A program made the translations under genes and the position numbers. Source: Squalus acanthias (Eukaryota). From it: DNA of 64,000 bases. Below, in pieces: positions 1-13,224 of this stretch. Where the stretch lies: positions 108,750,001 to 108,814,000 of the forward strand of contig CM059432.1 in the NCBI GenBank assembly GCA_030390025.1, written 5' to 3'. The notes under the pieces are model-generated. The model was given only the letters and a program-made list of their open reading frames with translations, had not been told where the DNA came from and did no database searches. Within the stretch, counting starts at the first letter, position 1. Every line of letters starts with the position of its first letter.

Positions 1-530
1 TTCCCTGCAAATTTGCTCCTCTATATCCTTCCCACTAGTTGGTGGCCTTTAGAATACACCTAGTAGTGTAATGGCACCTCTATTGCTTCTTAACTCTAAC
101 CGAATCGATTCTGTCCTTGACCCCTCCAGGACATCCTCTCTCTCCAGCACTGTAATATTTTCCTTCATCAATACTGCCACCCCACCTCCTTTCTTTCCTT
201 CCCTATCTTTCCTGAACACCTTATATCCAGGAATATTTAGTACCCAATCCTGCCCTTTTTTGAGCCAGGTCTCCGTTATCACCACAACATCATATCCCCA
301 TGTGGCTATTTGCACCTGCAGCTCACCAACCTTATTTACCACACTTTGTGCGTTTACACACATGCACTGTAAACCTATCTTAGACCTTCTTGTATTCACT
401 TTTAGTCTGACCCACCTAATACCGTACTATCTCTTACTCTAGTGCTATCTGTCTCTCCCAATCCTTTGTGCACCTTGTTTCTCCTTTCTAATGCTACATC
501 CTGGTGCCCATCCCCTTATCAAATTAGTTT
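1..530 (-). mobile_element. CR1-clade LINE fragment, start of ORF2 (APE endonuclease)
   Basis: ORF 49..399: CVNAQSVVNK...YDVVVITETWL...GYKVFRKDR..KGGGVA are APE endonuclease motifs. Confidence 0.85.
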
Positions 531-1077
531 AGTTTAGTCTGCAAATTGTTCACTCTGGAGAAGAGATCGAATATCAGAAGACATAAGTTAAAAATTAGGA
601 AGTTAGAAGTAAGAAGGAACATGAGGGGGAACTTGTGCCTTTTCATTGTCCCCTGAGATAAGAACACAGAGTTTTTTAAGAACAGGAAAAGCTATTAGAC
701 TCAAACACACCTGTCCTTTTTTTAGATATCAATCCCATCAACAACCTTTTCACCATAATCCCTGAATCCATTTCTCTCCAGGATCCATTTATACTGTTTG
801 CTTCAATTGGCTTTCCTGGCATCTTATTCCACAGCTCTATTATCCCCCTCACTTTTCTTCTGACTCATAACCACCAAGATTTTAATGTGTGTTTCCTGGC
901 ACTTAAACCCTTCACCAGAGTGAAGAATTTGCTCGAAATAATTTTTATTAATTCCCTTCATTAGCTTAAGAACTTTACTTAGATCACCTCAAAGTCTCTG
1001 GGACATTATAATTCAAATCTTCCACATTTCCATTGAGGGCCTTTCTGACCAGCAGTACCGTCCTATAGGGTATAATT

Positions 1078-1440
1078 TTTTAAAATTTGTTTATAGGATG
1101 TGGGCGTCGCTGGCAAGGCCAGCATTTATTGCCCATCCCTAATTGCCTTGAGAAGGTGGTGGTGAGCTGCCTTCTTGAACCGCTGCAGTCCATATGGTGA
1201 AGGTACTCCCACAGTGCTGTTAGGTAGGGAGTTCCAGGATTTTGACCCAGCGACGATGAAGGATCGGCGATATACTTCTAAGTCAGGATGGTGTGTGACT
1301 TGGAGGAGTACTTGGAGGTGGTGGTGTTCCCATGCGTCTGCTGCCCTTGTCCTTCTAGGTGGAAGAGGTCGCGGGTTTGGGAGGTGCTGCCGAAGAAGCC
1401 TTGGCGAGTTGCTGCAGTGCGTCTTGTAGATGGTACACAC
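1078..1440 (-). mobile_element. 3' fragment of a second CR1-clade LINE family (tail AAGGGCAATTAGGGATGGGCAATAAATGCTGG), nested in an older CR1 remnant (about 665-1625)
   Basis: Near-identical to the reverse complement of 12850-13205. The flanking DNA is decayed minus-strand CR1 3' sequence. Confidence 0.85.
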
Positions 1441-2384
1441 CTTGATGGAGGCATTCTCTTAATGCTCTTCTTTTACAAAGAAAACAAGGCCAGCTTCCTT
1501 AACATATAATCCTGATACCCAGAATCATCTTTTTTGCTTGTCTTCATGCCCTCTAAAGGACAATAATACTCTTGCTATTGACTAGGTGACCAGAACTGCA
1601 CATACTACTCCAGATTGGGTCTGACCAGTGTCAACAAGGCTGTTTCCTCAGGATTGGGTTCAGCAGCCCTGGATGATGACCAGATCTGCGAAGATAAAGA
1701 AGGATACTACTCCATTAAATATTTTGGACTACTCATGCATTGGAAACAAAGATTCCAGAGAGGTAGAATCATTTTTGCAGTCTAAGTACAGCAGAGGAAT
1801 ATGGATATGGGGCCGATTCCATGTGCTTGCACACTGCTGCACTACAATTCTTTTCACAAGATCACAAGATAAGTACAGACGAGAAAGGTCATTCTGCACA
1901 ATTTAGCTCACCCATCCAGAAGGAGAAACCTGTAGTTCTCCATCATAGTATCAACTGGTTCTTGAGCGACTCTAAGGTTTTCACCTCTGATACTTCACCG
2001 AAAAGTCTATCCCCTGCCAATTACTCTTCAGATGAAGAATTTATTTCTGACATCCGTTGTAAATGTGCCTATCACCAGTTTCAACCTGTGTCTCTTTGTT
2101 CTATCAAAGCAGTGTTCTGGATTTATTTTTTCTATACACTTTACCATCTAAATTACCTCTATGAGGTGCACTCTTGGTCACCTCATCTGAGGCTGACAAG
2201 CCCCAGCTTTTCCACCCTTCTCTCACAGCTGAAGCCTCTGATGCTGGAATGAGCCTCGTGGCTCTTGGCTGGTCTGTATCCCGGGGATTGAATGTCTTAT
2301 TGCATCTGTTGGGAGCCAATCCATGAGTTAACAGGAGTCTCAGGATAAAGGACGTTGGAATGTGCTTAACTTGTTTTTTCTCTC

Positions 2385-4488
2385 ACTTTTCAATCATAAT
2401 ATGATTAGGCAGAATCAACATGGTTTTATGAAAGGGAAATCTTTTTAACAAATGTGTTTAAGAGTGTTTTGAGGATGTAACTAGCAGGGTAAATAAAGGG
2501 GAACCAGTGGATGTAGTATATTTGGATTTCCAAAAGGCATTCGATAAGGTGCCACATAAAAAGTTGCGAGGCAAGATAAGACTTCATGGAGTTGGGGGTA
2601 ATATATTAGCATGGATAGAGGATTGGTTAACAGACAGAAAACAGAGAGTAGGGATAAACGGGTCATTTTCCGGTTGGCAGGCTGTAACTAGTGAGGTGCC
2701 GCAAGGATTACTGCTTGGGCCTCAGCTATTTGCAATCTATATTAATGACTTAGATGAAGGGATTGAGTGCAACGTATCCAGGTTTGCTGACGATACAAAG
2801 CTAGGTGGGACAGTAAGCTGTGAGGAGGACACAAAGAGTCTGCAAAGGGATACAAACGGGTTAAGTGAGTGGGCAATAAGGTGGCAGATGGAGTATAATG
2901 TGAGGAAATGTGAGGTTATTCACTTGGTAGGAAGAGTAGAAAAACAGAATATTTTTTAAATGGTGAGGAACTATCAAATATTGGTGTTCAGAGAGATTTA
3001 GGTGTCCTCGTACAGGAAACACAGAAAGTTAGCATGCAGGTACAGCAAGCAATTAGGAAGGCAAATGGCATGTTGGCCTTTATTGCAAGGGAGTTGGAGT
3101 ATAACAGTAAGGAAGTCTTACTACAATTGTACAGGGCTTTGGTGAGACCACACCTGAAGTACTATGCACAGTTTTGGTCTCCTTATCTGAGAAAGGAGAT
3201 ACCTTAGAGACGGTGCAATGAAGGTTCACTGGATTGATCCCTGGGATGAGAGGATTGTCCTCTGAGGAGAGATTGAGTAGATTGGGCCTATACTCTCTGG
3301 AGTTTGGAAGAATGAGAGGTGATCTCATTGAAACATGTAAGATTCTGAGGGGGATTGACAGGATAGTTGCTGAGAGGTTGTTTCCCCTGGCTGGAGAGTC
3401 TAAAACTAGGGACATAGTCTCAGGATAAGGGGTCGGCCATTTAAGACTGCGATGAGGAGGAATTTCTTCACTCAGAGGGTTGTGAATCTTTGGAATTCTC
3501 TACCCCAAAGGGCTGTGGATGCTGAATCGTTGAGTATATTCAAGGCTGAGATAGGTAGATTTTTGGACTCTAGGGGGGAGAAATTCGGTTATGCCCCGTC
3601 TGGGGGCGGTAACCGAATTAGCGCCAGCCATTTAGCGCCTGGCGCGGGAGTACCGCCCCGGCCACTAAATTGGGCTTACCGCCCCAGCAAGGAAGTGGAG
3701 CACTATCTCGAGCGCTCCACTTCCTCTCGGGGCGGTGTTTGGGGCGCAAAGCGCGGTAGCGCCAGAGCACTATGCGGCTGCTCCGCATAGCGCTGACGTG
3801 TTTCATCGCCCCTCCCCTTCCGTTAAAGGGGAGGGACGCTGCGCACTCTGCAGGCCGTTTGATGGCCTCAACTAGCCGACCAGGGCTGCATGGTGCCGTG
3901 GCCACAGCCTGGCACCAAGATGCAGTGCCGGGCAGCATAATGGCGGCCACGGCCCATGCCTAGGGCCGCCACGAGGGGCCAACCTGGAGGTCGGCCAAAA
4001 CAATGAAATGGCGATGCTGGGCGTAGCTGGGCTTCCCCTTTTAATTACCGCCTCGCGAGCGGAGGTTGGCCCGGTTCGCGACCCGCGAGGCTGTTGCTGA
4101 CATCTGCCGCGGCAGCTTCGCGGGCCACAGACGAATTTCTGCCATGGGGCAGGAAGGGGCCACGGCGGGGCACTAAGGGATCGTGTCGCATCATCGCCGG
4201 CAGCGCAGCGCCGCATTGGCGCTACCGGCTACCGCCGCCGCTAACCTCCCGCTGAATTTCGTGGGAGGCGTTAGCGGTGCCGCGCCCGGGCAGTAGCCGA
4301 TTTGTGCACCGGGGGCGCTAATGAGAGGCACAAACCAACCCAATTTTTCCCCCATGGGGAATTAAGGGATATGGGGATCAGACGGGAAAGTGGAGTTGAG
4401 GTCGAAGATCAGCCATGATCTTATTGACTGGCGGGGCAGGCCTGAAGGGTCGTAGGGCCTACTCCTGCTCCTAATTCTTATGTTCTTA
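2385..4488 (+). mobile_element. 5'-truncated HER1-like CR1 LINE (RT to 3' tail), interrupted by a MITE
   Basis: DFQKAFDKVPH, VPQG, FADD and RRNFFTQRVVNLWNSLP motifs. Tail cctactcctgctcctaattcttatgttct. Contains frameshifts. Confidence 0.92.
3574..4353. mobile_element. GC/CpG-rich non-autonomous Harbinger-type element (MITE family A)
   Basis: TIRs GGGGGAGAAATTCGG / CCAATTTTTCCCCC. It splits the CR1 sequence gactctag|gggaattaagggata. Its ends are shared, inverted, with 18362-19243. Confidence 0.8.
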
Positions 4489-4749
4489 AGAACTAGCACT
4501 TTATTGTGTATTTATTGTGCATAGTGAAGGCTGTCCACTCCAGAATGTACTTAGTTTTTTCACATTTCTCAGAAGCAAAAACTGGATCGAACCTAAACTC
4601 AACTGAATAAAACTAATTAAACTTTTGCTAAACAGTTTGCTAAATGTGTGGCAAACTACTGAGCTATATTTTCCTGAATATAACCATAGGCAGATAGTCT
4701 CCAAATGCAAAGGATGCTGGAAATCTGAAATAAAAACAATATGCAAACT

Positions 4750-5415
4750 ACATGGATGGTGTTGAAATAACTAAGGATGAAGCTGAAAGAGACCTAGGAA
4801 CCTTAGTAGACTTAACGCTAAACATGTCCAACCAATGCAGAACAGAAAGCAACAAAGCCAATAGGATGTTGAACTATTTGGCTAAAACAGTCGAATGTAT
4901 GTCAGAGGCAGTAGTGATCAATTTGTATCATGCTCTGTGCTGACCACAACTTGAATAATGTGTCCAGGTTGCCAAAAAACAAAAGAGACATTGAAGTGCT
5001 GAGGGCAGTGCAGAGAAGAGCTATGAATCTGATCCCCAGGGTCAAGGTCCTAAGTTATGAGGAGCGACTTGGACTTTTCAGTTGGAAAGGAGGTGTCTGA
5101 GAGGTGATTTTATAAAGGCATGTAAGATTGTTACGGTATAGATGTTAATCCACAATACTACTTAAAATTAATCTGGCAGTGTAAACTGATGGGACACTGG
5201 TACGAACTAGTAATAGATAATTTTAGGACTAGTAGCATAAAAATTTTCTTCACACAAGAGTGATCAAAGTGTTGAATAACCTTCCAGATAAAGTAGTGAA
5301 GCAAAAGTTTAGAATCATTTCAGAAACAATTAGATGCCGCAATGAGGGTATGTTAAGATCTCTCTGGCAAGGTGACAAAAATTGGGGCAAATGGCCTTCC
5401 TCATCTGTAACTATC
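4750..5415 (+). mobile_element. Old, degenerate CR1 LINE 3' region
   Basis: ERDLG..V, NKANRML and aaattttcttcacacaagagtg remnants. Confidence 0.75.
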
Positions 5416-5574
5416 TATGATCTACCCCATGGGTACAGTTTTATTCTGCAAGGGCTACAGTACAGGTGTCCAACTGGCTCTCCTGGAGATCATTTCCACT
5501 CTCCCTTGGCTTATCTCTTCACTGTGGCTGGTTCCGACTCTCCTGTGGCTACTCTCAATTCTCCTCCTCCAGCA

Positions 5575-6378
5575 GCTGACCCCCACTCTCCATCAGCTAG
5601 ACCCCACTCTCCATCAGCTGCCCCCCCACTCTCCATCAGCCCCCCCCACTCTCCATCAGCCCCCCCCACTCTCCATCAGCCCCCCCCCACTCTCCATCAG
5701 CTGCCCCCCCACTCTCCATCAGCCCCCCCACTCTCCATCAGCCCCCCCACTCTCCATCAGCTGCCCCCCCACTCTCCATCAGCCCCCCCACTCTCCATCA
5801 GCCCCCCCCACTCTCCATCAGCTGCCCCCCACTCTCCATCAGCTGCCCCCCCACTCTCCATCAGCCCCCCCACTCTCCATCAGCCCCCCCCCACTCTCCA
5901 TCAGCTGCCCCCCCACTCTCCATCAGCCCCCCCCCACTCTCCATCAGCCCCCCCCCACTCTCCATCAGCCCCCCCACTCTCCATCAGCCCCCCCCACTCT
6001 CCATCAGCTGCCCCCCCACTCTCCATCAGCCCCCCCCACTCTCCATCAGCCCCCCCCACTCTCCATCAGCCCCCCCACTCTCCATCAGCCCCCCCCACTC
6101 TCCATCAGCCCCCCCACTCTCCATCAGCTGCCCCCCCACTCTCCATCAGCTGCCCCCCCACTCTCCATCAGCCCCCCCCACTCTCCATCAGCCCCCCCAC
6201 TCTCCATCAGCTGCCCCCCCACTCTCCATCAGCTGCCCCCCCACTCTCCATCAGCCCCCCCACTCTCCATCAGCCCCCCCACTCTCCATCAGCTGCCCCC
6301 CCACTCTCCATCAGCCCCCCCACTCTCCATCAGCTGCCCCCACTCTCCATCAGCTGCCCCCCCACTCTCCATCAGCTA
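5575..6378. repeat. C-rich minisatellite, unit C(n)ACTCTCCATCAG(CTG), about 19-23 bp
   Basis: Tandem array seen directly, with variable C-run length and an optional CTG. Confidence 0.95.
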
Positions 6379-7159
6379 GACCCCCCTCCCCCCCCACCCC
6401 GCTCTAGCAGCTGGCCCCCCTCCGAAGACAATTAAACAAAGCTCCAGGAGACCACGGTAACTCATGAGTATCTCGAAATCCAGTTACCCCACACTTACCT
6501 TCTATAACCTGAAATGTCCTCCACTCCGAGGAATTTGCCGAACTCTCTTTTGAAGGACTGCAGTGAATTCATCCTCACCACATGCTTTGGTAATCAGCAA
6601 TACGCCCCTAAACCCTATTGCGTTCCCAATGGCCTTGTTGCATTGACCTTCAATGTTTATGCACTACTGCACCCAGGTCCCTCTCTTGCTCAGCAACCTT
6701 TAAGTGGGTAACCCTTTATAGCATGCACATACCTGGAATCTACCAGCCACTCACTGCATTTATCCATATTAAAGACATGAAGTAAATAAGATAGGATGGC
6801 CCTAGTGACAGACCGCATTATTGTGCTGATTGTCTGTCATGTGCCATGCTTGGGTTCAGGGTACAGCCTTGCAGTACTACACATGCACTCTACTCATTCA
6901 AGCTGACCAGATAGTGAGTGAGAGGGGTTAAGCTGCTTCCCTTTACCCCTGTAGTCCCTTCAGAGAAGGAGTGATGTATGCATGTTTATATATTTATTTT
7001 TCTATACTTCCAGACCTCCATTGAGTTGTTCATGGGGTGCTGTGGAATAGAAGTGGGAAAAGGGTACACATTGCCACTAAAAAATTAGGAAAGAAATTTG
7101 TAAGAGATCTTCCCAGACACATTGAAGTAAGTGTTTTTTGATTGATTCTGGATAATAAA

Positions 7160-7720
7160 AAGAGGTCAAAAATTGGCATGGTGTGATCCTGATGGTTATG
7201 CCAGAATCACACCCGCTGACATCCTGCAGCACTGATCTCACCAGAATTTGCAGTCAGTGGGAGGGAACCTCATTAGCGTGGGACAGGTTGGCACAAGCAC
7301 CAATAGGAGCCCATGCGTCCAGAAATTCCATGCCTACCTCCTATTGAGTGAAGTTGACTAGGCCCCAAACCTGGCTATGTCTTCCTCAGACCCCTGTGTA
7401 AGGGGAATGATAAGCAAAAATTTAGAAAGAAAAACTGCTTTTTTCTTCATGGTTGAAGCTACTGCCCTGGTGAGGGCCACATTTGCCCTTCTGGAGGATG
7501 GTATATTGCAACTCACTCAGCCTACCAGCCTCCACAAAAGTGCTAGTTGCCAACTGAGCCAATGGAGTGGGAACTTCTGGTGTAGGGAGTCTCAACCCTC
7601 CCTCCCCGTCCCCCAAAATGACATTTGCTTTGTAAGGGCTAGGCAGATATTCCATGCCTAGCAAGACATGTTGGAACCTCCCAGAAACAATGAACTTTTG
7701 TTGAAAATCTCCCTCCAAAC
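7160..7720 (-). pseudogene. Highly decayed Harbinger (HARBI1-like) transposase remnant
   Basis: ORF 7422..7718 (ILGDGEGGLRLPTPEVPTP...SELQY) weakly resembles the LGD.GY...W..TP....E..YN region. Confidence 0.4.
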
Positions 7721-8343
7721 TTCAATAATCGAATGTTCCTTCCAATATTTGTTATTGGTTCTACCCAGAACTCAGAAACAACCATTGTTCACATAAACGT
7801 AAATTAAAAAGTGCAGAATCTGTAGCCATTTAGAACTCATTGCAAAATGTAAAGACCTGCTTCAAGTCTTTCGCGACTTGTTGGTTCTCTCCTTTGCTGT
7901 ATCTCTGTTTTGCTTTCTTACTGTTCTTGCTTACTGTAGTTTCAGAATATCAACTACTACATACTATTGTTGCATTCAAAGCTATTGCAGGAAAAGTCGA
8001 AGAGTTCATGCTTTCCCTTGTTCTGATATTTTATACAAAAGTCCGAGTTACTGCTAAACATGGTTTTTGTTCTCAGTAATTTTCCATTAGAGTATGTGGG
8101 ACTTGAAAAGAGCAGATCCTGGTGCACTGTGTGACTGGCCAGACCTGCTGTCAATCACAAAAACTTATTAAAGTTGCAGACACAGGTGCATGCTAGAAGC
8201 TGACACCCGCAAGCTAAAATCTATTCAGCTAGAAGTGATGGGTCTGAGAACATGAATGAGCTCAAGGCTCAGGCTTCTCCCATAGGCACAGGCCTCTGAT
8301 GGAAAACGTTGCTACGCAAATGTAAAACACAGAAAATGCTATT

Positions 8344-9550
8344 AGAAACATAGAAACATAGAAAATAGGTACAGGAGTAGACCATTCGGTCCTTCGAGCC
8401 TGCACCGCCATTCAATGCGTTCATGGCTGAACATGCTACCTCAGTACCCCATTCCTGCTTTCTCGCCATACCCCTTGATCCCCTTAGTTGTGAGTGTTAT
8501 ATCTAACTCCCTTTTGAATATATTTAGCGAACTGGCCTCAACAACCTTCTGTGGAAGAGAATTCCATAGATTCACCACTCTCTGGGTGAAGAAGTTCCTC
8601 CTCAGCTCAGTCCTAAATGGCTTCCCCTTAATCCTTAGACTGTGACCCCTGGTTCTAGTTTTCCCTACCATTGGGAACATTCTGCCCGCATCTAATTTGT
8701 CTAAACCAGTCAGGATTTTAAATGTCTCTATAAGATCCCCCCTCATTCTTCTGAACTCCAGAGGATACAAGTTCAGTTGACCCAATCTTTCTTGATATGT
8801 CAGTCCGGCCATCCCAGGAATCAATCTAGTGAACCTTCGCTGCACTCCCTCAATAGCAAGAATGTCCTTCCTTAAGTTAGGAGACCAAAACTGCGCACAA
8901 TACTCCAGGTGTGGCCTCACCAAGGCCCTGTACAACTGTAGCATCACCTCCCTACTCCTGTACTCAAATCCCCTTGCTATGAAGGCCATCATTCCGTTTG
9001 CTTTCTTGACTGCCTGCTGCACTTGCATTCCCACCTTCAGTGACTGATGTACCATGACGCCCAGGTCTCGTTGCACGTCCCCTTTCCCTAATCTGCCACC
9101 ATTCAGGTAATAGTCCGCCTCTCTATTTTTACCACCAAAGTGGATAACCTCACATTTATCCACATTGTACTTCATCTGCCATACATTTGCCCATTCACCC
9201 AACCTGTCCAAGTCACTCTGTAGCCTCCTAGCATCCTCCTCATTGTTCACAATGCCTCCCAATTTAGTGTCATCCGCAAATTTGGAAATATTACATTTAA
9301 TCCCTTCGTCCAAATCATTAATATATAATGTAAACAGCTGGGGTCCCAGCACCGAACCCTGCGGTACCCCGCTGGTCACTGCCTGCCATTCTGAAAAGTA
9401 CCCATTTACTCCTACTCTTTGTTTCCTGTGTGCCAACCAGTTCTCAATCCACGTCAACACATTACCCCCAATCCCATGTGCTTTAACTTTGCTCACCAAT
9501 CTCTTGTGTGGGACCTTGTCGAAGGCCTTCTGAAAGTCCAAATACACCAT
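8344..9550 (-). mobile_element. Young 5'-truncated HER1-like CR1 LINE with an uninterrupted 369-aa RT/C-terminal frame
   Basis: ORF 8441..9550 with DFQKAFD, GVPQGS and FADD. (TTTCTATG)n tail at 8344-8365. Confidence 0.95.
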
Positions 9551-9970
9551 AAATTAGATCAATAATTTTCTTGTCAATCATGTAATCTTTTTATGTTGCA
9601 AACCTTATTTCCAGCAGTAAGTATTCAGCTTAGTGGAGAAACCAAGATGGCGACCAAAAGGATTTTCAAAATGTATTTGGAGCCATTTGATTAATTTCAT
9701 TCTCCTTCCGTTTACTGGTAAATTTTGCTGATTGTTGAAGCTTGATTTGTTATTTCCATATGTCCTGAGTAGTTCCTCATTGGAATTTAACGTCCATTTT
9801 TGTCTGATTACGCCTCGTAATGCACCATTTCTATGGTATAGCTGCTATATAAATAAAAGGCAGGCAGTAGTGCAAATCAGGCAATAGCCAATCGGCAGCC
9901 AATGGAATAGAAAATCGGGCACAGTGTAAAACAGGCTGCTGATTGGCTATCGTTCATTTTGCGTTATGGA

Positions 9971-11448
9971 GGGTACGGTAGCATAGTGGTTATGTTACTG
10001 GACTACTTTGATAAGGTCCCGCATAAGAGATTAGCGTGTAAAGTTAAGGCACATGGGATTGGGGGCAAGGTATTGACTTGGATAGAGAACTGGTTGGCAG
10101 ACAGAAAGCAGAGAGTTGGAATAAACGGGTCTTTTTCCGAGTGGCAGGCAGTGACTAGTGGGGTACCGCAGGGATCGGTGCTAGGACCCCAGCTATTCAC
10201 AATATACATTAATGATCTAGACGAGGGAACTAGGTGTAATATCTCCAAGTTTGCAGACGACACAAAGCTGGGTGGGCGTGTGTGTTGTGAGGAGGATGCC
10301 GAGAAACTCCAGTATGATTTGGACAGGTAGGATGATTGGGCAGAAGCGTGGCAGATGCAATATAACGTGGATAAATGCGAGGTTATCCACTTTGGTGTCA
10401 AAAACAGCAAGGCAGACTATTATCTGAATGGCAATAGATTGGGAGAAGGGGAAGTGCAAGGAGACCTGGGTGTCCTTGTGCACCAGTCGCTGAAGGTAAG
10501 CATGCAGGTGCAGCAGGCGGTTAAGAAGGCAAATGGTATGTTGGCCTTCGTAGCGAAAGGGTTTGAGTATAGGAACAAGGATGTCTTGCTGCAGTTGTAC
10601 AGGGCCTTGGTGAGACCACACCTTGAGTACTGTGTGCAGTTTTGGTCACCTTATCTGAGGAAGGATGTTCTTGCCATGGAAGGAGTGCAGCGAAGATTCA
10701 CCAGGCTGATACCTGGGATGGCAGGAATGACGTATGAAGAGAGATTGGGTCGATTGGGCTTATACTCGCTGGAGTTTAGAAGAATGAGAGGGGATCTCAT
10801 TGAAACTTATAAAATTCTGACAGGACAGGACAAACTAGATGCAGGAAGGATGTTCCCGATGATCGGGGAGTCCAGAACCAGAGGTCACAGTCTAAGGATA
10901 AGGGGTAAGCCATTTAGGACAGAAATGAGGAGGAATTTCTTCACCCAGAGAGTGGTGAACCTGTGGAATTCTCTGCCACAGAAGGCAGTAGAGGCCAATT
11001 CATTAAATAGATTCAAGAAGGAGTTAGATATATTTCTTAAGGCTAAAGGGATCAAGGGATATGGGGAGAAAGCAGGGACAGGGTACTGAATTTGGATGAT
11101 CAGCCATGATCGCATTGAATGGCGGAGCAGGCTAGAGGGGCCGAATGGCCTACTCCTGCTCCTATCTTCTATGATTCTATGATTCTAGTGATCCAGTGGC
11201 CTGGATTAATGATCCAGAGACATGAGTTCAAATCCCACCACGGCAGCTGGGGAATTTAAATTCAGGTAATTAAATAAATCTGGAATTAAAAAGCTATTAT
11301 CAGTAATGGGGAACATGAAACTACCGGATTGCTGTAAAAACCCATCTGGTTCACTAATATCCTTTAGCGAAGGAAATCTGCCGCCCTTTCCTGATCTGGC
11401 CTGTATGTGACTCCAGACCCAAACCAATGTGGTTGACCCTGCTCTCTG
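9971..11448 (+). mobile_element. tRNA-derived SINE (MER131-like from memory), split by a CR1 insertion and lacking its own tail
   Basis: A box tagcatagtgg (about 9979) and B box gagttcaaatcc (11224). The body matches the reverse complement of 59770-60082. Confidence 0.8.
10006..11187 (+). mobile_element. Young 5'-truncated HER1-like CR1 LINE inserted in the SINE head
   Basis: RT motifs with one stop near 10328. Tail ttctatgattctatgattcta. CTA on both sides (10003-05 and 11185-87). Confidence 0.95.
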
Positions 11449-13223
11449 GGAGGAGGAAGCTCCATGAATATCCCCATCCTCAGTGATGGTGGAGCCCAGC
11501 ACATGAGTGCAAAAGACAAGACTGAAGCGTTTGCAACCATCTTCAGCCAGAAGTGCCGAGTGGATGATGCATATCGGCCTCCTCCTGAGGTCCCCACCAT
11601 CAAAGAAGCCAGTCTTCAGCCAATTCGATTCACTCCACATGATATCAAGAAACGGTTCAGCGCACTGGATACAGCAAAGTCTATGGGCCCCAACAACATC
11701 CCGGCTATCATGCTGAAGACTTGTGCTCCAGAACTAGCCGCGCCTCTAGCCAAGCTGTTCCAGTACAGCTAAAACACTGGAATATATCCGACAATGTGGA
11801 AAACTGCCCAGGTATGTCCTGTTCACAAAAAGCAGGACAAATGCAATCTGGCCAATTACCACCCCATCAGTCTACTCTCAATCATTAGCAAAGTGATGGA
11901 AGGTGTCATCGACAGTGCTATCAAGCAGCACTTACTCACCAATAGCCTGCTCACTGATGCCCAGTTTGGGTTCCGCCAAGACCACTCTGCTCCCGACCTC
12001 ATTACAGCCTTGGTCCAAACATGGACAAAGGAGCTGAGTTCCAAAGGTGAGGTGAGAGTGACGGCCCTTGACATCAAGGCAGCATTTGACCGAGTGTGGC
12101 ATCAAGGAGCCCTAATAAAACTGAAGTCAATGGGAATCGGGGGGAAAACTCTCCACTGGCTGGAGTCATACCTAGCACAAAGGAAGATGGTTGTGGTGAT
12201 TGAAGCTCAATCATCACAGCCCCAAGACATCGCTGCAGGAGTTCCTCAGGCAGTGTCCTAGGCCCAACCATCTTCAGCTGCTTCATCAGTGACCTTCCCT
12301 CCAACATAAGGTCAGAAATGGGGATGTTCGCTGATGACTGCACAATGTTCAGTGCCATTCACAACTCCTCAGATAATGAAGCAGTCCATGCCCGCATGCA
12401 ACAAGACCTGGACGACGATAAGTGGCAGGTAACATTCGCACCACAGAAGTGCCAGGCAATAACTATCTCCAACAAATGAGAGTCTAACCACCTCCCCTTG
12501 ACATTCAATGGCATTACTATCGCCGAATCCCCCACCATCAACATCCTGGGGGTCACCATTGACCAGAAACTTAACTGGACCAGCGACATAAATACTGTGG
12601 TAACAAGAGCAGGTCAGAGGCTAGGTATTCTGCGGCGAGAGTCTCACCTCCTGACTCCCCAAAGCCTTTCTACCATCTACAAGGCACAAGTAAGGAGTGT
12701 GATGGAATACTCTCCACTTGCCTGGATGAGTGCAGCTCCAACAACACTCAAGAAGCTCGACACCATCCAGGACAAAGCAGCCCGCTTGATTGGCACCCCA
12801 TCCACCACCTTAAACATTCACTCCCTCCACCACCCGCGTACCGTGGCTACAGTGTGCACCATCTACAAGATGCACTGCAGCAACTCGCCAAGGCTTCTTC
12901 GGCAGCACCTCCCAAACCCGCGACCTCTTCCACCTAAAAGGACAAGGGCAGCAGACACATGGGAACACCACCACCTCCAAGTTCCCCTCCAAGTCACACA
13001 ACATCCTGACTTAGAAGTATATCGCCGATCCTTCATCGTCGCTGGGTCAAAATCCTGGAACTCCCTCCCTAACAGCACTGTGGGAGTACCTTCACCATAT
13101 GGACTGCAGCGGTTCAAGAAGGTGGCTCACCACCCCGTGCTCAAGGGCAATTAGGGATGGGCAATAAATGCTGGTCTTGCCAGTGACGCCCACATCCCAT
13201 GAACGAATAAAAAGAAAAAAAAA
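11449..13223 (+). mobile_element. CR1-clade LINE (second family), RT to 3' tail with poly(A)
   Basis: ANYHPISLLS, QFGFR, LDIKAAFDRV, GVPQ and FADD motifs. Homologous to 55311-56968. Confidence 0.92.
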
Positions 13224-13224
13224 T

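Noticed and set aside
3574..4353. CpG island or promoter
   Set aside because: The CpG-rich block is bounded exactly by TIRs and interrupts a LINE, so it is a young MITE. The same applies to 18362-19243.
5260..6435. Proline-rich, extensin-like 391/320 aa ORFs
   Set aside because: Translation of a C-rich minisatellite preceded by CR1 debris; no splice or domain support.
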